The position numbers and the translations under genes are program-made. A DNA stretch of 64,000 nucleotides, from the NCBI GenBank assembly GCA_965249725.1, contig CBDFMQ010000002.1, positions 2,336,001 through 2,400,000 of the forward strand. The letters are read 5' to 3'. Positions within the stretch are counted from its first letter, which is position 1. Every line of letters begins with the position of its first letter. Below, piece by piece: positions 57,479 to 64,000 of this stretch. The stretch comes from Longimicrobiales bacterium (GTDB taxonomy: Bacteria; Gemmatimonadota; Gemmatimonadetes; Longimicrobiales; Gaopeijiaceae). The notes below the pieces were generated by a model that worked only from the letters and a program-made list of their open reading frames with translations, did no database searches and was not told where the DNA came from.

Positions 57479-59227
57479 TCAGTCCGGGAGGAACTCCCCC
57501 AGGTCGAGTAGCTCGATGTCGTCGCGCGCCCTCAGGCGCTCCAGCAACCAGTATTTGTGCCCCGCCCCGAACGTCACGAGAATCCGTTGGCCGCGGTGCT
57601 CGGCGAGGGTCCGGTCCACGTAGCGGTAGTGCTCCACGTTGATGTTGGTCCAGCCCCCCGGACCGATCAGATCGTTCTGATATTCGTCGTAGAGCCCCAA
57701 CTCGCCTTTCTTCCGACGGTCGTACTCGTCCGAATGGAGATAAGCGGGATCGTCCGCGGCGGCGGGCAGTTCACCGAAGCCGACGGTCAGATCAGAAAGG
57801 CGGCGCGCGTACTCCTCCCGCGGCCCCCTCCACCGGGCATCGGAGTCGAACTCGGCGATGCGGGCCACTCGGAGATCCGACATCTCGAGCGTCCACCCCG
57901 CACAAGGGACGACCGAGAACCCCATGGACGCCGAAAGCCTCAGCATCAGGTCGGTGTACTCGGGAAAGCGCAGCACCCGCGGATCCTCGATCGCGTCTCT
58001 CTCACGCAGATCTCGTTCGATGCGATCCCAACGGTCGGGAGCGATCTCGGCACACACGATGTCGGGCTCGAAATTGCGAATCGTCTGCTCGACCTGATCG
58101 AGGCCCCAGAGCCGGCTCGTTCGGTGCTCCGAGTGGATCATGCCCATGACCGCCACCTCGGTGATGCCCGCCTCTTCATCGGCATCGCTCGTGCTGCTCG
58201 TCCCGGTCGTGGCCGTCGGGTCGGTGGGAATGTTGCGTGGGTCATCCCTCCACGAGTCAGGAATCGAGACGACTGTCAGCCGATGCACGCCCTCGGAGGA
58301 AACCCACAGCTCACTCCCGGAGGGATGGACCGCCATCACGATCGGTATGTCGGGCATCGGGATCCGTTGGATCACACTGCGATCGGCCAAGTCGATCACC
58401 GAGACGTCGTGGCTGGCCGTGTTGTTCACAAAAGCCAGGCGTCCGTTCGGGGCCACCACAATCGAGAAGGGGGACTCCCCGATCCCCTCGGTCAGTTCAT
58501 CCACCATTAGGTGGGACGCGGTGTTGATGAACGCCACGCGATTCTCGCCGCGCACCACGACCGCGTAGTCGATGTCGTCCGGGAGGACCGCTCCCCCGCT
58601 CGGATTGGTCCCCACAGAGAGGGTCTCCAGGACGCGGTTGTTGAAGAGATCGATGACGGTGACCGATCCGTCGGCATAGCCCGGTATGAACGCCACTCGC
58701 CCATCCGAAGTGGCCGCACCCGGAAAGGGGCGGTCGCCGGTCGGATAACTCGCGACGAACGAGAACGCGGAAGCGTCGAAGACGTGAACGGAGTCGGCCT
58801 GCTCGATCGAGACCAAGTAGCGATCTCCCGGATACGGGCCCGTGATCAAAGAGGCTCCGGCACTCGTGCCCCGGTCCCCACCGAGCGGACTTCCAGTTCG
58901 GGCGTATCGGACGATCCCCCCTGCCTCGAACCGGGCTACGGCAAGGTCCTTCCCGTTCGGAAGGGGGATGACACCGAGGGGCGTTCCCGGCGTCGGGATG
59001 GTGCCCGCAATCTCATATCGGACGGCGTCGATGACGGTGATCCGGTCCTCCCCCGCCGTCGCGACATACGCTGTGCGCCCATCCTCGGAGAACGAGATCT
59101 GGTGGGGGTTCTGCCCCACGTCGAGCTGGGCAACCACTTCGAATTCATCGGTCGAGGTGGTCGATCCACCCCCGCAGGCCGCCAGAAAGAGGCACAACGG
59201 AGCGAGTTTGCGGGTTGCTTTATTCAT
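57479..59227 (-). CDS. Lipoprotein: YVTN/YncE beta-propeller fused to a TIKI/TraB/EreA-like (DUF5694-like) domain
   Basis: Lipobox LAAC; repeats VGQNP...AYV...VIDA; C-domain GMIH...PDIVCAE...ILVTFGAGH. Confidence 0.7.
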   Translation of the reverse strand: MNKATRKLAPLCLFLAACGGGSTTSTDEFEVVAQLDVGQNPHQISFSEDGRTAYVATAGEDRITVIDAVRYEIAGTIPTPGTPLGVIPLPNGKDLAVARFEAGGIVRYARTGSPLGGDRGTSAGASLITGPYPGDRYLVSIEQADSVHVFDASAFSFVASYPTGDRPFPGAATSDGRVAFIPGYADGSVTVIDLFNNRVLETLSVGTNPSGGAVLPDDIDYAVVVRGENRVAFINTASHLMVDELTEGIGESPFSIVVAPNGRLAFVNNTASHDVSVIDLADRSVIQRIPMPDIPIVMAVHPSGSELWVSSEGVHRLTVVSIPDSWRDDPRNIPTDPTATTGTSSTSDADEEAGITEVAVMGMIHSEHRTSRLWGLDQVEQTIRNFEPDIVCAEIAPDRWDRIERDLRERDAIEDPRVLRFPEYTDLMLRLSASMGFSVVPCAGWTLEMSDLRVARIAEFDSDARWRGPREEYARRLSDLTVGFGELPAAADDPAYLHSDEYDRRKKGELGLYDEYQNDLIGPGGWTNINVEHYRYVDRTLAEHRGQRILVTFGAGHKYWLLERLRARDDIELLDLGEFLPD

Positions 59228-59387
59228 CCGGCAGCTTGTCGACGGGAGGGCTCACGGGCAAGCCGCGTATGTACCCTGCCCTCTTTGAGTCTCAACGTTT
59301 TATCTTAGGAGTCTGTCCGGGCTTGGGGGGAAACACCGCCGCACCCCCGATTGACGGACGTTAGCTATTCTCCGGACATAGGTACCG

Positions 59388-62174
59388 ATGCGCATATATA
59401 CATCGTGGCCGAGCACCCTCGTCGCGCTTGCCCTGATTCTCCTCCCGGCCGAGGTCGTTGGCCAGGTGTCCAACGGACCTGCCGAGAGCAAGCACTCGAC
59501 CTTCATGAGCGGCGCCGCACTGCAGCCGCACTCCGAGGCTCCAGAAGCCCAGGCGATCCGCGCCACTATGGGTATCGAGGTGGACGGACGGCACGACGAA
59601 GCCATTTGGCTGCAGGCGCCTGCCATTACGGAGTTCACCCAGAACGATCCGAATGAGGGCCTGCCCATCAGCGAGCCCACCGAGGTCCGGTTCCTCTACG
59701 ACGACGACGCCCTATACATCGGTGGATGGTTCTACGACTCGGAGCCCGTCACGACGCGACTGGCGCGTCGGGATGCCCGCGTCTCGGATTCGGACTTCTT
59801 CGTCATCTACCTCGACAGCTATCACGATCACCAGACTGCCTATCGCTTCGCAACGAACCCGTCCGGCATGAAACGGGACGAGATCGAGTCGGGACGCGGG
59901 TTCGGCGGCAGAGGGTTCGGCGGTGGGGACACATCTTGGGATCCGATCTGGGATGTAGAGACGTCCATTACCGACGAGGGCTGGTTCGTGGAGATCCGAA
60001 TCCCCTTCAGCCAGCTACGGTTCAGCCCTGCGGAGAATCAGACGTGGGGCATCCAGGTGCAACGAGCCATCAACCGTAGGCAGGAACGGGCCGACTTCTC
60101 GTTTACGTCCAAGCTCGACCAGGGCGGTGTCGCGCGGTACGGGCACCTTACCGGAATCCGGGGGGTCGGTGGCGGGAAGAAGCTGGAGTTGCTGCCCTAC
60201 GTGGGTATGAGCGCCGAGTACATCCCCCAGGACGTCAGCTCTGAAGTGAGCTTCACCAACCCGTTCCGCTCGGGCTCCGACTACTTCAGTCGGACCGGAT
60301 TGGACATGAAGTACCGCCTCGGCTCCAACCTCACGGTCGACGCCACGGTGAACCCGGATTTCGGACAGGTCGAGGTGGACCCGGCCGTGATCAACCTCAC
60401 GGCGTTCGAGACGCGCTTCCAGGAGCGCCGCCCCTTCTTCGTGGAGGGTGCCGAGATCTTCGAGTTCGCCACGGGCGGACCGAGGGGTAGCACGGGCCGG
60501 GCTCCCGAGATCATCTACTCGCGCCGGATCGGACGGCGGCCTCAAGGGAGCGTGTCGTCCGACGCCGCGTACTCCGACGCACCCGTTGCCACCACGATTG
60601 TCGGGGCTGCCAAGATCACCGGGAAGGTGGGGAACGGGTGGTCCCTGGGATTGCTGGAGGCCGTGACCGGACGTGAGTCAGCCCCGTACATCGACGAATC
60701 AGGTGTCAACGGCAACTCCGTCGTGGAGCCGTCCGCCAACTACTTCCTCGGCCGCATCCGCAAAGACATGCGGGCCGGGCAAACGCGCATCGGGGCCCTC
60801 GCCAGCGCTGTCAATCGGGACATCACCGACCCTGACCTCGCCGAGGATCTCCGCACGGCCGCGTATACGACCGGACTGGATTTCCAGCATGAATGGGCGG
60901 ACCGCACATGGAAGCTCAACGGCGCCTTCGCTTCGAGCTTCGTCCAGGGCAGCGAAGACGCGTTGATCCGTACCCAGCGCTCGTCGGCCCGCTACTTCCA
61001 GCGCCCCGACGCCGACTACCTGAACGTGGACTCGACGGCGACCTCGATGGGCGGGTACTACGCCATGGTCGACCTGAACAAGCAGGCCGGATACGTACAG
61101 ATGAAGTTCGCCATGGCCGCCGTGAGCCCGGGGTATGAGGTCAACGACATGGGCTTCCAGACGGAGACCGACCGGTTCATCATCGATACCGATGTCTCCT
61201 ACCAGCAGCCGCGGCCCGGACGGTACTTCCGGAACTGGCGCGTGTGGGGCAGCCCGGACGCCAAATGGAACTCGAACGGCGACCTGATCTTCGCGAACTT
61301 CAACAGCAACTTATTCTACCAACTCGTCAACTACTGGGGCGGGTCCCTGCGGGTCGCCCACGACTTCGCGACCGACGACGACCGCCTGACGCGGGGTGGA
61401 CCCTTGGCCAGGCGTCCGAGCCAATGGTCCGGCAACATCAGCCTCAACTCCGACTCCCGGAAGGCGCTGAGCATGAGAACGCGCTACAACTGGGAGTCTC
61501 AGGAGGACGGCTCCTGGCAGCACAGCGCGAACGTCGACTTCACCTACAAGTCTGGTGAGAAGGTCGAGATACGTCTGGGACCCGACTTCAGGCGCAACTT
61601 CACGGCCTCACAGTATGTCACGTCCGTAAGTGACCCGCTTGCGACCGCCACGTACGGTCGTCGCTACGTGTTCGCACCCCTCGACCAGACCACGGTCTCA
61701 CTCGAGACCCGGCTGAACATCACCGTCTCTCCGACACTCACCTTCGAGCTCTTCGCCCAACCGCTTCTCTCCCGAGGCAACTACGGGGGACTGAAGGAGT
61801 ACAGCGAACCCGGGACCCTCGACTTCAAAACGTACGGCAGCGAGGTCGGCACCATCGGACGGGGCACGGACGGATACTACGTGGTGGACCCGGACGGATC
61901 AGGAGGTGCCGAGTCATTCTCCGTGAGCGACCGGGATTTCAACTTCCGGAGCCTTCGCGGCAACGCCGTCCTACGCTGGGAGTGGAGCCCGGGCTCGACG
62001 CTGTTCCTGGTCTGGCAGCAGAGCCGTTCCCACCGGATCCGCGGCTCCGACTACGATCAGGAGAGCTACGACGGAGTCGGCACTTTCGACCTGGGCAACG
62101 ACGCGGGCGAGCTGTTCGATCTCACGCCGGACAACATCTTCCTGGTCAAGGTGAACTACTGGCTGAACATGTAG
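59388..62174 (+). CDS. DUF5916 / CBM9-like domain outer membrane protein
   Basis: Signal peptide; VDGRHDEAIW, TEVRFLYDDDALY, GWFVEIRIPFSQLRF, TVNPDFGQVEVD, ERRPFFVE, LRWEWSPGS, ends VKVNYWL. Confidence 0.85.
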   Translation: MRIYTSWPSTLVALALILLPAEVVGQVSNGPAESKHSTFMSGAALQPHSEAPEAQAIRATMGIEVDGRHDEAIWLQAPAITEFTQNDPNEGLPISEPTEVRFLYDDDALYIGGWFYDSEPVTTRLARRDARVSDSDFFVIYLDSYHDHQTAYRFATNPSGMKRDEIESGRGFGGRGFGGGDTSWDPIWDVETSITDEGWFVEIRIPFSQLRFSPAENQTWGIQVQRAINRRQERADFSFTSKLDQGGVARYGHLTGIRGVGGGKKLELLPYVGMSAEYIPQDVSSEVSFTNPFRSGSDYFSRTGLDMKYRLGSNLTVDATVNPDFGQVEVDPAVINLTAFETRFQERRPFFVEGAEIFEFATGGPRGSTGRAPEIIYSRRIGRRPQGSVSSDAAYSDAPVATTIVGAAKITGKVGNGWSLGLLEAVTGRESAPYIDESGVNGNSVVEPSANYFLGRIRKDMRAGQTRIGALASAVNRDITDPDLAEDLRTAAYTTGLDFQHEWADRTWKLNGAFASSFVQGSEDALIRTQRSSARYFQRPDADYLNVDSTATSMGGYYAMVDLNKQAGYVQMKFAMAAVSPGYEVNDMGFQTETDRFIIDTDVSYQQPRPGRYFRNWRVWGSPDAKWNSNGDLIFANFNSNLFYQLVNYWGGSLRVAHDFATDDDRLTRGGPLARRPSQWSGNISLNSDSRKALSMRTRYNWESQEDGSWQHSANVDFTYKSGEKVEIRLGPDFRRNFTASQYVTSVSDPLATATYGRRYVFAPLDQTTVSLETRLNITVSPTLTFELFAQPLLSRGNYGGLKEYSEPGTLDFKTYGSEVGTIGRGTDGYYVVDPDGSGGAESFSVSDRDFNFRSLRGNAVLRWEWSPGSTLFLVWQQSRSHRIRGSDYDQESYDGVGTFDLGNDAGELFDLTPDNIFLVKVNYWLNM

Positions 62175-62196
62175 CTGGGGGGCAGAGCGACTACGC

Positions 62197-62358
62197 TCAG
62201 GGCAGGAACCGCTTGATGGCACGCTGGGTGGCGTAGAGCCCGACGCCGGTCCCCACCATGCTGACGATGAACGCGGTGAAGAAGGAGATTGGAGCCCCGA
62301 GCGCCCATCCCGCCCAGCCGCCCGCGGACATGCCCATCAGATTGAGAAAGCCCTTCAT
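62197..62358 (-). CDS. Small (53 aa) two-helix Gly-rich membrane protein, not in ORF track
   Basis: MKGFLNLMGMSAGGWAGWALGAPISFFTAFIVSMVGTGVGLYATQRAIKRFLP*; high GC at third codon positions; starts 42 nt after the upstream reductase. Confidence 0.7.
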   Translation of the reverse strand: MKGFLNLMGMSAGGWAGWALGAPISFFTAFIVSMVGTGVGLYATQRAIKRFLP

Positions 62359-62400
62359 GGACTCAGCATGCCGGCCCGGGTCCCGGACAGCAAGGAACCG

Positions 62401-63768
62401 TCACGCGTCCACCGGCTCCAATGCATCGAGTATCCAGGGCATGAGCTCCGACACCGTGGGGTGGACGAGCACGGACTTCCGGAATTCACGGCAAGGAAGA
62501 CCGCTGTACATGTAGGCTGCGAACATGTTCACGATCTCGTCGCCGCCCGGTCCCAGGATGGCGGCTCCCAGAATTTGGTCGGTATCGCCGTCGACGAGTA
62601 GCTTCGCGAAGCCGAGTGTCTCCCCCATCTCCTTGGCCCGGCTGATTCGCGACATGGGCCGGGTGGCCTTCATCACGTTGTGCCCCTTCTCGACCGCTTC
62701 CTTTTCGGACATCCCGACACGACCTAGGGGTGGGTCGATGAAGAGCGCGTAGACGGGAATCCGGTCCGACAGCTTTCTCGTGCCCCCGCGCATCTGGTCG
62801 AGCACGATTTCGGCGTCGTTGACCGAAGTGTGGGTGAAGGCACCTTGTCCGTTGATATCGCCCACGGCGAACACCCCCTCGGCGCTGGTCCGACAGTAGT
62901 CGTCGACCTCGATGAACCCACGTTCATCGAGTCGTATACCGGCCGCATCGGCGTCGAGCAGGTCGGAGTTCGGTACACGCCCGATCGCGACCAAGAGGTG
63001 CGAGCCGGTGACCTGCCTCTCCTCGCCAGCCTGTGAGATGGTGACCGAGACGCCATCTCCTTCGGGACCGACCCCTACCACACTCGCATCCAGACTGACC
63101 TGGATGCCCTCGAGCTCCAGGATCTCCTTGATGGACTCCGCGACGTCGGCGTCCTCTCGAAAGACGAGCTGGGACCCCCGCTCGATGACCGTGACCTCAG
63201 CGCCGAGTCGGCGGAAGATCTGACTGAACTCGAGCCCGATGTAGCTCCCACCCACGACGATCAGGTGCTCCGGCACCTCGGTCAGCTCGAGGAGTCTGCT
63301 GTGATCGAGCCAGGGTACTGAGTCGAGGCCCGTGATCTCGGGGACCAGGGGTCGAGCGCCGGCGTTGATGTAAACCCGGTCGGCTGTGAGCACCTCTTCG
63401 CCCACGCGGATCCGGCGCGGCCCCTCGAACCGGCCCCAGTCTTCGTAGAGAGTGACGTTCTCGGCCGAGGTGATCCACGAGGCCATCCCCGAGTTGTCGC
63501 GAATGGCGTTCATGCGGGCGCGCACCGCAGCGAAGTCGATCTCGAGGCCGTTCGGGCGGATGCCGTACTCCGGGGCCCGCCGCACCATATGAGCCACCTT
63601 GGCGGTGGCCACCAGGGCCTTGGTGGGAGTGCACCCTGTGTTCACGCAGGTGCCGCCGATCCGGTCGCCCTCGATGACCGCGATGGACTCGCCCGTGGGG
63701 AGCAGGTCGCCCAGGAGCGTTCCTGTAGCCTGGCCGGTTCCGAGTATCAGGTGCTGAAAATGGGACAT
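62401..63768 (-). CDS. Flavoprotein disulfide reductase, MerA/RclA-like (no MerA C-terminal Cys pair)
   Basis: GGTCVNTGCTPTK, GGSYIGLE, GRVPN, AVGD, HPTVSE. Confidence 0.9.
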   Translation of the reverse strand: MSHFQHLILGTGQATGTLLGDLLPTGESIAVIEGDRIGGTCVNTGCTPTKALVATAKVAHMVRRAPEYGIRPNGLEIDFAAVRARMNAIRDNSGMASWITSAENVTLYEDWGRFEGPRRIRVGEEVLTADRVYINAGARPLVPEITGLDSVPWLDHSRLLELTEVPEHLIVVGGSYIGLEFSQIFRRLGAEVTVIERGSQLVFREDADVAESIKEILELEGIQVSLDASVVGVGPEGDGVSVTISQAGEERQVTGSHLLVAIGRVPNSDLLDADAAGIRLDERGFIEVDDYCRTSAEGVFAVGDINGQGAFTHTSVNDAEIVLDQMRGGTRKLSDRIPVYALFIDPPLGRVGMSEKEAVEKGHNVMKATRPMSRISRAKEMGETLGFAKLLVDGDTDQILGAAILGPGGDEIVNMFAAYMYSGLPCREFRKSVLVHPTVSELMPWILDALEPVDA

Positions 63769-63872
63769 GAGAGGACTCCGAAATGTGGGGCTGTCACCAT
63801 ACCTGGAGGGTGGCCCTCAAGCAAAGACCGCGGGAGGTGACGGCACGCCACAAGGGGCCGTGTGCCTGGAGC

Positions 63873-63901
63873 TTGAGTTTACCGAACGTTCGGTTTATCA
63901 T
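63873..63901 (+). promoter_or_regulatory. sigma70 promoter with palindromic operator in its spacer
   Basis: TTGAGT-N17-TATCAT; perfect 14-bp palindrome ACCGAACGTTCGGT at 63881-63894. Confidence 0.7.
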
Positions 63902-63908
63902 GATCGCC

Positions 63909-64000
63909 ATGAGTAAGATCACCGACACAGAACTGCTGAGATGCTTGACGGAAGTATTCCGCACGCACGGCTATGAAGGGGCCAGCCTGAGCAAGATCTC
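63909..64000 (+). CDS. TetR/AcrR family regulator (5' fragment)
   Basis: MSKITDTELLRCLTEVFRTHGYEGASLSKI matches the TetR helix 1-2 pattern (F...GY.GAS...I). Confidence 0.85.
   Translation, partial: MSKITDTELLRCLTEVFRTHGYEGASLSKI

Noticed and set aside
62401..63768. Mercury resistance (merA)
   Set aside because: No C-terminal Cys pair, no NmerA domain, no mer genes nearby.

Overview
GC-rich bacterial chromosomal window of mostly core and cell-envelope genes. Gene content (lipoproteins, TamAB, DUF5916 proteins, this tgt-yajC-def-fmt-thi-rsmB-PASTA arrangement) suggests a diderm such as Gemmatimonadota, but this is inference. In order: purA (5' part), PlpD-like patatin/Omp85 protein, DapA-like aldolase, pilT-like ATPase, trpS, suhB, a truncated hsp20, asd-lysC-dapA-dapD, a peptidoglycan-salvage locus (sugar kinase, sodium:solute symporter, GH3-serine hydrolase fusion, GH3, NamZ/DUF1343, D-amino acid transaminase), a beta-barrel OMP, a stand-alone Lrp/AsnC domain, YbjN/CesT-pspA, uvrA, VOC protein, tamA-tamB, a long minus-strand housekeeping run (tgt to lgt), a type IV minor-pilin/pilC cluster, frameshifted ompA and DUF5916 genes, bioY, a beta-propeller/TIKI-like lipoprotein, a second DUF5916 gene, a small membrane ORF, a flavoprotein disulfide reductase and the start of a TetR gene. 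No rRNA, tRNA, CRISPR array or transposase was seen. Best leads: a PTS-independent, lipoprotein-based peptidoglycan scavenging system next to the DAP pathway; a promoter-terminator attenuator-like leader ahead of purA; a G7 tract that puts the first minor pilin out of frame (phase variation or sequencing error); a sigma54 promoter module driving a truncated Hsp20; and a ~120-nt intergenic hairpin upstream of the pspA operon.
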